Below, piece by piece: positions 1 through 12,557 of a DNA stretch of 64,000 nt (positions are counted from its first letter, which is position 1; every line of letters starts with the position of its first letter). The notes under the pieces are model-generated. The model saw only the letters and a list, made by a program, of their open reading frames with translations. It was not told where the DNA came from and made no database searches. Made by a program: the position numbers and the translations under genes. Source of the DNA: Octopus sinensis (lineage: Eukaryota). The stretch lies in NCBI RefSeq assembly GCF_006345805.1, contig NC_043003.1:15686001-15750000 (forward strand), read 5' to 3'.

Positions 1-1084
1 CTGTTGCACAAATAGTAAATGTTCTTTTTAACGATTTTCATTTAAAACAATATTTTTCTACTTAGTTCAGTTCGTTTGGAGTATTCATCCTTGAGGAGAT
101 GAAACCAAGTCGAAACGCTGGCGATCCACAGGCATTCTTAGTGCAGCCTTGTGTTTTCGACACAAAACATTAGAGCTAGTGTCCTTCCACGTTCGTATCT
201 TGTTTTTTATTTTTTATTTATTCAGCCAGTGAACTGCTGCCATTTTGGGTTATCGCCTTGAAGGTTTTTAGTCGAACAAATCGAATGCAGAACATTTTTA
301 CATGTCTGGTCGAACCGCTAAATTACGGAGAGGTAAACAAACCAACAATGGTTGTCAAGTGTTCGGGGGAGAGAAACATAAAGACATACCCTCCACACGT
401 GCGCGCGCATATGTGAGTTTCTCAACCACACAGCCATGCCTGCGCCTATACATATTATATATGTTGTACATATCGATATTTTAACTCAACGTTATTTCAA
501 ATGCATATATCAATACATTGTTTCAGAAATATTATATGAGAAGATAAAATAATTAAGTACTTCTTAATGAAGTTGATTATTGTACGCGTAATTTTGGGGT
601 TTTATTGTTTTTAATCAACTGAAGCCAGTAAGTTGAAAGTATAGCTATCACGCCGGACTAAATACTTCGCTACATTTCTCCTGGTTTTACGTTCTGAATT
701 CAAATTCCACCGAGGTTGACTTTGCCTCTCATCTTTTCGGAGTTGATAAAATCAGAACTAGTTCAGAGCTGGGGTCGATGTAATCGGGTAACACCCTCAC
801 CTCCCACCTCATGAAATTTGAGGATATGCACCTATTATAGAAAGGATCCTAAACCGAAAGAAATACCGCTAAGTATTTTGTCCGGTGCGGTAGTGGTCGA
901 GCCATCTTTCCGCTTTAATTTGATTAGAGATAATTCAAATGCCAACGAGATCGACTTTGCCTTTCGTCTAATAGGCATCGATAAAATAAGTGCCGGGCTC
1001 GATGAAATCGATTAGCCTCCCCCTGCAAAATTTCAGGTATTGTACTGATAGTAGGAAGAATAATTTTTCAATCAACTGAAAGCA

Positions 1085-1480
1085 AGTGAGATGGCAGAAT
1101 CGTTAGCACGCCGGGCGAAATGCTTAGCGGTATTTCGTCTGCCGCTACGTTCTGAGTTCAAATTATGCCGAGGTCGACTTTACCTTTCATCCTTTCGGGG
1201 TCAATTAAATAAGTACCAGTTACGCACTGGGGTCGATGTAATCGACTTAATCCGTTTGTCTGTCCTTGTTTGTCCCTTCTGTGTTTAGACCCTTGTGGGT
1301 AGTAAAAAAAATAGGTGTTTCCATTGGTTTTACGTTCTGAGTTCAAATGCCACTGAGATCGATTAGCTTCTCATCCTTCCAGAATCGATAATATTAGTAC
1401 CAGATAAACATTAATTTCGATGTAATTGACTACACACCTCCAACAAAATTTCAAGCCTTGTACTTATAATAGAAAAACAC
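1085..1480 (+). mobile_element. tRNA-headed SINE (family A; core gtcgactttgcctttcatcctttcggggtcgat), tandem dimer
   Basis: Head tggcagaatcgttagcacgccgggcgaaatgcttagc, B-box-like gttctgagttcaaatt, shared core; second unit restarts at 1314. More than 15 related copies in the window. Confidence 0.8.
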
Positions 1481-1807
1481 TGGATTCTTTCACATTTCAA
1501 GCTAGGTTTTAGGTCCCTTAATTCTCACCATCATCCATTCATTATCTCTCCAATAACTCAACACTCCCTTCTTCGCTAAAATTATCGTCCCAAACTTCTT
1601 TCAATCGCTGTATTGAACTGAAGACTTAAATATACAAAGAATGATAAATAACCGAACATTATTCGCCATAACTTCATTTATAACAATCTATAGAGCCGTG
1701 TCTAAATCGATTTAGCTTTCCTATCATATCATATTATGATAGATTATCCAGCTGATATATGACAGTACTCGCTTGATTTCTCACACTCTGTCTCTGTATA
1801 TATACAT

Positions 1808-1890
<83 letters not shown>

Positions 1891-3979
1891 CACACATGCG
1901 TGTGTTTGTGTGTGTGTATGTGTACGGGTACTGAAACAGCGCATTCATCTTGTTGTCTGTCACTTTCCCAATCTTTCTTTAAATATAAAACGAGACACTG
2001 TCCCTCTTCCTCCCTCTCTCTCCCCCTCCATCTCCCCCTCTCCCCTCTCTCTCCCTCAGCTATTTCTTCATGTCACTTAATAATAATTACTTTTGTTCTT
2101 TCCGCAATTGTTTCTGTTTTCCTTCCTCTCTAAAGAAATTTGTTTTGAAATTAAACATTAAGATATTCGGGGAATACCTTATCAGAGAAATCTCAATTCT
2201 TTTATTTATTTATCTATTTATTTTTTACTGTGTTTTCATATTTCATCTTTGGAAATTGGAACATTACAAATTGAGGTCAGTTACTTAATAAGCTTTTATA
2301 GCTCTAGAAAATTTCTTCGTTAAATTGTCAGGAAATTTACAAGAATTTAAAAAAAAAAAACTTTTAATATTTAATAACGAAACACCCAAATAATTTTCTA
2401 TTAATTTGCCAATATCGAAAGATTTAAATATTCTGTTTGATAATTAATTTTAAGCGGCTTTTTCTAATATATTTTTCGTGTTCTTTTTCTGTCAATTGTG
2501 CGTGTTGTATACCATCAAATTCATTGAGCTTTAAGTAAGTGTATGTCTGTATAGGGTCGAATTCCCTTACCTTAATTTCCTGATCTAGAACGTTATCAAT
2601 ATTCTAAATTCATTATCCCATCTCCAGGTATACCTGGGTGTATTTTCTAAGATGAGTTTCATGTCAATTTCTGTACTAAATCCACGTATTATGTGCAGTG
2701 GTGCTTCTGGAAATTGAGTCACGTTGATAATAATAATAATAATGATGATGGTAATAATAATAACAATAACTGATGCAGTTCCAGGCAGTGGCTCTCATGG
2801 CTTCTGATCTTAACTGATTGGAAGTGTTATCATGTACAGTATTTTGTCTTGGTAGAAAAGATGGGCTACAGCAAATATTCTGCTCAATACCACAGATTTG
2901 CTTGTCAGTTGTTTGACCATAACCAGTTGAGCATGTCCCTTAGTGGCTGACGATATGTGCATCTCATGGCCACAGTCAAATGACTGAATCAAGTAAAAGA
3001 GAAATAAAAGAGAAAACAACATTGAAACTATATTACTTAATTTTCATAAGATCGTTCTTCTAATGTTCTGTGAAATTAATATAAACAACAGGACATCATA
3101 GGCTTCAGGCTTTTATTGTCGGAATTAGCATCAGACGACAAACAGTGGCAGACGACACAAAAAAATCTGTGCAAGGAAACAACACGAGCAGTTGCATCGT
3201 TTTCGGTGTAATATTTTAACATTTTTTCCGATAGAAAAGTCACAAAGACAATTTTTTTCTAAAGAGAGCTGATAACGAATAGTTTTAGATGCTAATAAAT
3301 ATTTATACGCTTAGACTAAGTTTCTGTCAATTTCTATGATATATATATAATCTTGCGTTGTTATGTAACACTCACGTAGGAAAAATGAAGCAAGTTGACA
3401 TTCAATTTCCACTAGAAAAAACGTGGAAAGTTAACACGGGCATAGTTTTCTGCGTTTCCTCAACTTATATTTTATACTTCTTCAAATTACAGAACACCCT
3501 TAATATAAAATGCGATTTTTTTAAATTTGAAAAATAACTGTATAATATGAACATGTCAGTTTGATTCAAATATCAATGTGACATAAGTTTTGGTCATTTC
3601 TTCCCCAGCCAGAAAGATCACCGCACGCCCCTGATATATATATATATATATCACCATCGCTTGACAACGTGTTAGTGTGTTTACATCCCCGAATCTTAGC
3701 GATAGAGTAATTACTAGGCTTAGAAAGAATAAGTCCTGGGGTTGCTTTGTTCGACTAAATGCGGTGCTTCAGCATTGCGGCAGTCAAAATGACTGTAACA
3801 AATAAAAGAATAAAAGAATATTTTTGCGATTGGTTTACATTTCAAATATCTGTAGATCCGATGAGGAATTTGGGTATTTTACCGCAAAAAATCTAAGATT
3901 TGAGGAAAGGAAGAATAAATTAATATCTAACAAGTATAACTGTATTTGTAAAAAGTATAATGCTGACAATATATATATA

Positions 3980-4576
3980 TAATAGTTATCGCCATACTAA
4001 TATGGCATTCTTATAAAAATAAGAAAAAAGCTGTCCGCTTATTAGCTCCATGAGGCCATCGCCTTAAGTTAGCTATTTGATACACAAACTGTATCCATAT
4101 AACCTTCGAACAAGGGAGGTCAGTCGCTCCACACTACGTTTCTTTCTCAGTCGATGCCTCAGCCGGTTCACAGTCGTCTGCTTGCGTGTATAGGAATCCC
4201 CCATCCTACAGGTTTTCTCTTTTCTTTTTATTTAAACTATATGATTCCTCAACAACAGGATGAAACCTATTATAGCACTAAGGAGAGATGAGCTTGAAAA
4301 CTTATAACTATAGACACCTAAGATGATTAACAAACTGTTGATGACAAAAGGAATGGGAATAGAATGAGATCAAATAAATTAACTGTAGATTAACTTATAC
4401 GCACTGTGGAAAAAAAGTAGTGTGGAGCGACTGACCTCCCTTGTTCGAAGGTTATATGGATACAGTTTGTGTATCAAATAGCTAACTTAAGGCGATGGCC
4501 TCATGGAGCTAATAAGCGGACAGCTTTTTTCTTATTTTTATAAGAATGCCATATTAGTATGGCGATAACTATTATT
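3980..4576. repeat. Inverted repeat, ~158-bp near-perfect arms with ~280-bp spacer
   Basis: 3980-4137 is the reverse complement of 4417-4575; left end abuts (TA)n. Confidence 0.95.
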
Positions 4577-4628
4577 TTCCGGGAACGCTGCCGCTGTTCT
4601 CTTTTAGAGAGACTTAGTTATTTTAATA

Positions 4629-4681
<53 letters not shown>

Positions 4682-5676
4682 CTAAAATTTTACGGGATGT
4701 AAAGAGTCGGTTGTACGGTTCCAGTTTTTGACCAGCACTTTACTTTATCGATCTGGAACGTAATGATAACCTTGGAAAGATATCAAATCGTAAAACAAAG
4801 AGCGGGATCGATTTTCCCTAATCCATAGTCTTAAATTAGAATTAATTTTAAAATGTGTTAAATCGAAAGATTAGAAAAAATCAAATAAACGAGTAGAAAT
4901 GAATTTATATATATATATATATATATATATAACAAGAATACATCTTTCAAATAAATAATTATATTTTTAGTTGAAGGGGTAGTTATTTAAAAAAAAAAGA
5001 AAACTAGCACACCCTCTGCTTAAATGTTTGAAATTTTCGTTCTTTTGTGAAAATATCTTGAATATATAATTAAAAGTTTGGCATTGTAATTTAAGAAAAG
5101 AACTAAAGATAAGAATGCAGATTTAATGAAAGCCTTTTTGACTAAAGGAGAATAACGTGTTCTGATTAGGTGTTCTAATCATGAACAACAAATTGGTAAA
5201 AGTGAGAATAAGTAAAACAATAATAAGTAAATAAATTGGGGGATTAATTTTTATGGGCAGATTAAAAGCTGAGATTTCGGCGAAGAGAGGCTGGTTGATG
5301 AATTCATTGCAGGTAATTATATCGTGGTGAAAATATCATCTATAATTTGATTGCTTGGAAATTTTTAACGTTTGATCAATGTATTACAGTTTTTATTTTT
5401 ACATCGCAAGCGTAAATATACCACATACGAGTGTAAGTTCAACGCATGCAGTTTTTAAGACTTTAACTATCTATCACGCCCCCTCTCACTCTTTCTCTCT
5501 TTCTCTGTTTCTATATATATGTAATGATACAACGACATGACGAATACATCAGCAAATTCAACATCTCGCTTTTTATCTAATGCATGTGTGTGTGTGTGTG
5601 TGTGTGTGTGTACATATATACTATTTATATATATATATATATATTAATATATATAGTGGCTGTGTAGTAAGTAGCT

Positions 5677-6050
5677 AGGCGTAGGAGTGGCTATGTGGTA
5701 TGCAACTTGCTTACGAACTATATGGTTCCGGGTTCAATCCCACTTGGGCAAGTGTCTTCTACTATAGATTCGCGCCAACTAATACGGAAACTGAAAGAAT
5801 CCCGTCGTATGTTTGCTGTTATGTATGTGTGTGTGTGTATGTTTGTGTTTCTGTGTTTGTTCCCCCAACATCGCTTGACTACCGATGCTGGTGTGTTTAC
5901 GTCCCCGTAACTTAGCGGTTCGGCAAAAGAGACCGATAGCATAAGTTCTAGGCTTACAAAAGAATAAGTCGTGGGTCGATTTGCTCGACTAAAGGCGGTG
6001 CTCCAGCACGGCCACAGCCAAATGACTGAAACAAGTAAAAGAGTAAAAGA
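5677..6050 (+). mobile_element. tRNA-headed SINE (family B; CORE-like ttgggcaagtgtcttctactata, internal (TG)n, tail gcggtgctccagcatggcc...tgactgaaacaagtaaaag)
   Basis: Homologous copies at 22281-22780, 41120-41612, 43135-43627, 45028-45405, 46718-47125. Confidence 0.8.
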
Positions 6051-6093
<43 letters not shown>

Positions 6094-6575
6094 TATATAT
6101 ATTTATACACGCGCGCGAGTACATACAAGCATCATCTAATGTTGTTTTATAGTAACAGACTAAAGGAACACGTTGCAGTTAATTAACTTACTGGGGAATA
6201 TTTTGATAGTCTTAACTTTTCTTAACTTTTAATTTACAGGATAAAATATCTAAATTTGATTTTAATACGGCAACACTCGGAAAATTATGTAAGACTTGAA
6301 TAACACTATATAATGTCTCCCTTTTTAATATATATATATATATATATATAATTAATCAATATAGGGTGGCAAAAAAAATTTTGTAGAATTTTTTTGCCAC
6401 CAGCGGCCTAGTGGGAAAAAATTAAATAGTCATAGACCATTTTTAAGTTCAACATCAACAATCAAGGAACGGCCATAATAGGCCATTCACCCACTAGAAT
6501 AACAGCCAAAGCTTCAACCGCAAATAAAAGTCAATTCCGTAAACAGGAGAAAATTTAAAAAACATTTACCCTGTA

Positions 6576-6684
6576 ATTTCTTATACGATGCACCGTTTCG
6601 TCTGCTGTTTAATGGTAAACTAACCTGATTAAATTAAATCAATCAAGCAATCTTCCAAGGCCCTCAGATTCATCAGTAAGAAAT
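6576..6684 (-). ncRNA. Type I hammerhead ribozyme, array unit L1
   Basis: Minus strand: ATTTCTTA-CTGATGA-A-TCTG...CAGA-C-GAAA-CGGTGCATCG-TA|TAAGAAAT. 8-bp stem I, exact CUGAUGA and GAAA core, near-palindromic stem III, GUA cleavage triplet (cut 6584/6583). A.C mismatch at 10.1/11.1. Confidence 0.85.
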
Positions 6685-7069
6685 AGCCACAAGTCGGAAC
6701 AGATATTTTCACGAGGCATCTCCGACCCTGCCAAGGTAATATCTGACCTAAAATTTTCAAATCATCGCACTCGCGCCAAATTTATCGGCAGCAAATAAAT
6801 ATAAGCCGTTGATTCCATTATGGAATTAACCAGAAAATTCATAATTAATCAATACAGGGTGCCAAAAAAAAATTTTGTAGAATTTTTTTGCCACCAGCGG
6901 CCTAGTGGGAAAAAATTAAATAGTCATAGACCATTTTTAAGTTCAACATCAACAATCAAAGAACGGCCATAATAGGCCATTCACCCACTAGAAATAACAG
7001 CCAAAGCTTCAACCGCAAATAAAAGTCAATTCCGTAAACAGGAGAAAATTTAAAAAACATTACCCTGTA

Positions 7070-7176
7070 ATTTCTTATACGATGCACCGTTTCGTCTGCT
7101 GTTTAATGGTAAACTAACCTGATTAAATTAAATCAAGCCAATCTTCCATAGGCCCTCAGATTCATCAGTAAGAAAT
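7070..7176 (-). ncRNA. Type I hammerhead ribozyme, array unit L2
   Basis: Same motif as L1. Confidence 0.85.
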
Positions 7177-7560
7177 AGCCACAAGTCGGAACAGATATTT
7201 TCACGAGGCATCTCCGACCCTGCCAGGTAATATCTGACCTAAAATTTTCAAATCATCGCACTCGCGCCAAATTTATCGGCAGCAAATAAATATAAGCCGT
7301 CGATTCCATTACGGAATTAACCAGAAAATTCATAATTAATCAATATAGGGTGGCAAAAAAAATTTTGTAGAATTTTTTTGCCACCAGCGGCCTAGTGGGA
7401 AAAAATTAAATAGTCATAGACCATTTTTAAGTTCAACATCAACAATCAAGGAACGGCCATAATAGGCCATTCACCCACTAGAAATAACAGCCAAAGCTTC
7501 AACCGCAAATAAAAGTCAATTCCGTAAACAGGAGAAAATTTAAAAAACATTTACCCTGTA

Positions 7561-7667
7561 ATTTCTTATACGATGCACCGTTTCGTCTGCTGTTTAATGG
7601 TAAACTAACCTGATTAAATTAAATCAAGCCAATCTTCCATAGGCCCTCAGATTCATCAGTAAGAAAT
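7561..7667 (-). ncRNA. Type I hammerhead ribozyme, array unit L3
   Basis: Same motif as L1. Confidence 0.85.
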
Positions 7668-7988
7668 AGCCACAAGTCGGAACAGATATTTTCACGAGGC
7701 ATCTCCGACCCTGCCAAGGTAATATCTGACCTAAAATTTTCAAATCATCGCACTCGCGCCAAATTTATCCAGAAAATTCATAATTAATCATAAAAATTCA
7801 TAATTTTTTTGCCACCCTATATTTATTAATTATGAATTTTCTGGTTAATTCCGTAATGGAATCGACGGCTTATATTTATTTGCTGCCGATAAATTTGGCG
7901 CGAGTGCGATGATTTGAAAATTTTAGGTCAGATATTACCTTGGCAGGGTCGGAGATGCCTCGTGAAAATATCTGTCCGACTTGTGGCT

Positions 7989-8094
7989 ATTTCTTACTGA
8001 TGAATCTGAGGGCCTATGGAAGATTGGCTTGATTTATTTAATCAGGTTAGTTTACCATTAAACAGCAGACGAAACGGTGCATCGTATAAGAAAT
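7989..8094 (+). ncRNA. Type I hammerhead ribozyme, array unit R1
   Basis: atttctta ctgatga atctg...cagac gaaa cggtgcatcg ta taagaaat on the plus strand. Confidence 0.85.
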
Positions 8095-8479
8095 TACAGG
8101 GTAAATGTTTTTTAAATTTTCTCCTGTTTACGGAATTGACTTTTATTTGCGGTTGAAGCTTTGGCTGTTATTTCTAGTGGTGGTGAATGGCCTATTATGG
8201 CCGTTCCTTGATTGTTGATGTTGAACTTAAAAATGGTCTATGACTATTTAATTTTTTCCACTAGGCCGCTGGTGGCAAAAAAATTCTACAAAATTTTTTT
8301 TGGCACCCTGTATTGATTAATTATGATTTTCTGGTTAATTCCGTAATGGAATCGACGGCTTATATTTATTTGCTGCCGATAAATTTGGCGCGAGTGCGAT
8401 GATTTGAAAATTTTAGGTCAGATATTACCTTGGCAGGGTCGGAGATGCCTCGTGAAAATATCTGTTCCGACTTGTGGCT

Positions 8480-8587
8480 ATTTCTTACTGATGAATGAGG
8501 GCCTATGGAAGATTGGCTTGATTTAATTTAATCAGGTTAGTTACCATTAAACAGCAGACGAAACGGTGCATGCATCGTATAAGAAAT
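8480..8587 (+). ncRNA. Type I hammerhead ribozyme, array unit R2 (damaged)
   Basis: Core present, but 2-nt loss in the stem II 5' strand (atgaatgagg) and a tgca duplication in stem III. Confidence 0.65.
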
Positions 8588-8971
8588 TACAGGGTAAATG
8601 TTTTTTAAATTTTCTCCTGTTTACGGAATTGACTTTTATTTGCGGTTGAAGCTTTGGCTGTTATTTCTAGTGGGTGAATGGCCTATTATGGCCGTTCCTT
8701 GATTGTTGATGTTGAACTTAAAAATGGTCTATGACTATTTAATTTTTTCCCACTAGGCCGCTGGTGGCAAAAAAATTCTACAAAATTTTTTTGCCACCCT
8801 ATATTGATTAATTATGAATTTTCTGGTTAATTCCGTAATGGAATCGACGGCTTATATTATTTTTGCTGCCGATAAATTTGGCGCGAGTGCGATGATTTGA
8901 AAATTTTAGGTCAGATATTACTTGGCAGGGTCGGAGATGCCTCGTGAAAATATCTGTTCCGACTTGTGGCT

Positions 8972-9076
8972 ATTTCTTACTGATGAATCTGAGGCCTTGG
9001 AAGATTGGCTTGATTTAATTTAATCAGGTTAGTTTACCATTAAACAGCAGACGAAACGGTGCATCGTATAAGAAAT
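8972..9076 (+). ncRNA. Type I hammerhead ribozyme, array unit R3
   Basis: Same motif as R1. Confidence 0.85.
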
Positions 9077-9194
9077 TACAGGGTAAATGTTTTTTAAATT
9101 TTCTCCTGTTACGGAATTGACTTTTATTTGCGGTTGAAGCTTTGGCTGTTATTTCTAGTGGGTGAATGGCCTATTATGGCCTCCTTGATTGTTG

Positions 9195-9227
<33 letters not shown>

Positions 9228-9235
9228 ATATATTA

Positions 9236-9630
9236 TATATATATAAAGCTGAAGTTGTCCGTGTATGGCAGGTTTGGTAGCCTTTAACTAACACTATCTC
9301 TTCCGAGACCCTGAGGTGCAAGTTGACCAAAATTGAGAGTATGATAGAAGAAGGCTTGCTCTTCCTTTCGTAGAAGAAAAATTTCAAATCGGACCATGTT
9401 AACACCAAAAATTATTTACATAAAAAAGGTGGGGTTTTTTCTATGAAAATCCCTATTTTTTACGATTTTTTTACTGTTGTGTCGCCATTTTTCGGTGTAT
9501 TTCAACAAGAAAAATGTTCACTTAAAGAGAATAACAAGCTACATAATACAACATTTCTTCTTTTCAAAAATTCCAATTCTAAAGGGTCGAAAAGAATACA
9601 AACCCGAGCAACGCTGGGCTATACTGCTAG
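9236..9630 (+). mobile_element. Non-autonomous Helitron-like element
   Basis: AT-rich head tatatataaagctgaagttgtc; subterminal GC hairpin cccgagcaacgctggg; 3' end CTAG followed by t. Confidence 0.7.
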
Positions 9631-10120
9631 TTTCCAAATAAACCTGGAATAATTTTTATTTTCTATGTGCATGACAATAAACTACATATTTATTCACCCT
9701 GATTACTACAGCAATATAACACTGTTGCCTTAATTCATTATCGTTAATTCGATCAAATGAGGCAATAATAATGACAATAATAGTGTCGCAGTAAATAAAT
9801 ATGTCACCTTTTGTGAACAATGAGAAAAACATTCCAAGACAAAAATATCATTTTGAAAATATATATAAATATATATATATATATATAGTATAGATGATGT
9901 TGTGTTGAATTCTCGTTGCATTATCTTTCTGTTTTGGATGCGGAAATGTTTACTTTGGTGATAAACTGTTCAAACGTCACATCGTTTTCTGATTTCTCGT
10001 CTTTTAAAACATTTCTCAAAATTTTCTGTTTGAAGGATGGAATTTCCTGGCTTTGAAGTAAATTCCCCTTGTGAAGGAAATACGTTGGATTTAGTCAGCT
10101 TTAAGTAGTTATTTAGCCAT

Positions 10121-10493
10121 GTTAGTTAGTTAGTTAGTTAGTTAATTTGGCTCAAACGCAAATAGCAAGGCCATGTAGGGGGACATGGAGTTAAGTACAG
10201 GGTGGTGTTCATGTAAAGAGTTCAGGCCACTTGAGGTCAAGGGAGGCTTTGAACAAAGCGGTCGTCGGCATCTTCACCATCTCGTCTGGCAGCTTGTTCC
10301 ACGGATCCGCAACCCGGACGGAGAAAGCTCCTCTCCTTCGATTGAGATGAAATCGTCGCAGGTAGAGCTTTTCGGAGTGACCCCGCAGCCGACGCTCTGG
10401 AGCAGGAGTGAAGAACAGCTCTTTCGAGAGGTTACACTTTCCGCTTATGATGTTGTGGCCGAGAATGAGATCCCCACGGCGGCGGCGTTTTTA
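10121..10493 (-). mobile_element. CR1-clade LINE 3' fragment with (TAAC)n tail
   Basis: Near-identical to 18246-18701; minus strand encodes the C-terminal RRRRGDLI...WNKLP motif; microsatellite tail. Confidence 0.85.
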
Positions 10494-12557
10494 CTCTGTT
10501 TTTACTCTGCGGATAGAAAACATAGCGATGAGTTTATCGACACTGAATTTAGCAAGACGATGAAATTAGAAGGTGATGAAAAGACTAGATAATTTTACCA
10601 CCGTGTAATTTCCCTTCCTGTGATGAATTCAAGGTAAACCGAGAGAGAGAGGCGGGGGGACCAAATGACAGTAAGGGAGTAAGAATGAGATTGTGTAAAT
10701 CAATGCTTAAGTAATGAAAATTGTATTAAAATGTATTACATTTATCCGTTTATCACGGAATCATTCATCCTGATCCAAGATAAAACTGTATGCTAAATAG
10801 TGAGCTGTGTTACGCTTTCCGTGAATTCACCTTTGATAACACGGGTGGGCAATCAGTCGAAAATTGTGCTTGGATCGAAAAGCACAGTTCACCGACCAAC
10901 CACAATGCTTACAACAGCGTGGGGTCTCGGAGCGAAACCTATTTTCCCTATGATTTATTACTTATTTATCGCTTACTTCAGTTAACACTGTGATCTTTAA
11001 AACCAAACACCTGTGATAAACCAGGATAGATGCATTAAATGTGGAATAGAATTATAACAAAAGAAGCAGTGTGTATGTGCAATGTCGAAGAGTAATTTTA
11101 AAGGAGTATAGGAGCCTACGTATCTGTATGATATACACTTTTGTGTAAAACTACTCAACTAGAATCGAGGGAGATGCTTTGTAATTAATGCAATTTTAAT
11201 TAGTATTTTATTAAGCTTATAGTTGTGGTTGAAATATTGACATGAATTTTTGCTGATAATGTTTTGGGAGGCGAGCATTTGTACAAAATTCGATATAATC
11301 AATAAGGTGTTTTAGATGACTTTTATGCCTCCCGTATTTTAGAGGGAGTAGCATGATTGAAGTCCTAGCGGTATTTGATGGTTAAGACGAAAATACAAAG
11401 CTCTGATTTATCTATGAATATTTCAAACACAAAGATCAAATCTGATCTTATCATTTAAATACATGCAAGATACAGTTTATTTCATGCGTTCTTCATTCTT
11501 CCATTTGTGAATTTTACTTCGTCATGATACTTAGTTACACTTGGATAGATGGAAACAGCAGTGTTTAGGTGACTACACATATTCAGTTGAAGAGGATAAT
11601 GCAAATAAAATGCGTTAACCATTCCAACAAGCAGCTAGCATTAGGGTACAAATAATTTACTCTTGCGTTGAATATACGCCATGCCAGAACAACAATGGTT
11701 TAAGCCTTTGGCTTTGTTAGTTCGGAAATATAGGATTCAATGTAGCAAAGTTTAATGGTTAATAACAAGCGGAATTTTTGTGGCCTGAAGACAAATCCCA
11801 TGAAAAGATGATGAAGCGAGAAATAAGTTTGAAATAAGATACAATGATTCACAAAGTGCAAAAGTACATTTGGATAACATTTTTAATGCTATGTTTTTTT
11901 TCTCCATTTTTTTTGCACTGTATTATTTTCATTTGTCCTTAAATGCATGCATGGGCGTTCAAATCTTAAAGAAATAAACTATGATTTTTATCGATGGTCA
12001 ACACACAAACAAACACACTGTAAGAATACTTTGATGATAGCTTAATAATAAACTATAATAGCAAACTCGTTTGCTATGCTGCGTTCGGGAAACATTTATA
12101 GAATTAATCTCCGTCAAGCAGATCTGAAAATGGTAAGTGAAGAGACTTTTACAAAAATTTGCAGCGCATAGATAGATATGTGGATGTTGCTTGTAAAATG
12201 TGACTCTCGGCTATCGGCAGAGAGAAATGTCACTTTTCAATAAATAAATTAACCTTACATTACGGCAACATATATTGTATATTTACTATATTTTGTACAT
12301 TTGATAATGTCCAAAATAATGAATTATACATAATGGATGATATAATAGAAGTAATATAATTCAGAATAGATAACGAAAGGAATAATACGTTACACATTTG
12401 TCGAATTACTCGTTGGCGAGAGTGGCACAGTGAAAGCATGTTCAGCCAATAACCTAGAGATCCGCGCATAGAAACTACACTCTTCAAAGAAATAGTTATT
12501 ATTTTTGATACTTATATATCTAATCTGAGTTGTCTACAAATATACCAATCATATATA

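Larger units (their letters stand above)
6351..9196. repeat. Tandem-plus-inverted array of ~492-bp hammerhead-containing units (3 units, then 3 inverted units)
   Basis: Units start at 6351, 6844 and 7335 (periods 493 and 491). Inversion centre ~7790-7806. Reverse-complement units run to 9196. (TA)n at both ends. Confidence 0.97.

Noticed and set aside
80-125. Possible hammerhead cttgaggagat...gtcgaaacgctggcgatc
   Set aside because: Extra base in the CUGA box, no U16.1 pairing and no stem I.
6361-6400. Array unit start (a/c)agggtggcaaaaa resembling a Tc1/mariner TIR, suggesting a tandem MITE
   Set aside because: The inverted partner is only ~25 bp away (a local hairpin), units are head-to-tail without TSDs, and each contains a full HHR; a retrozyme/PLE origin fits better.
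6351-9196. CRISPR or other prokaryotic array interpretation
   Set aside because: Units are ~492-bp near-identical repeats with no unique spacers, and the context is eukaryotic.
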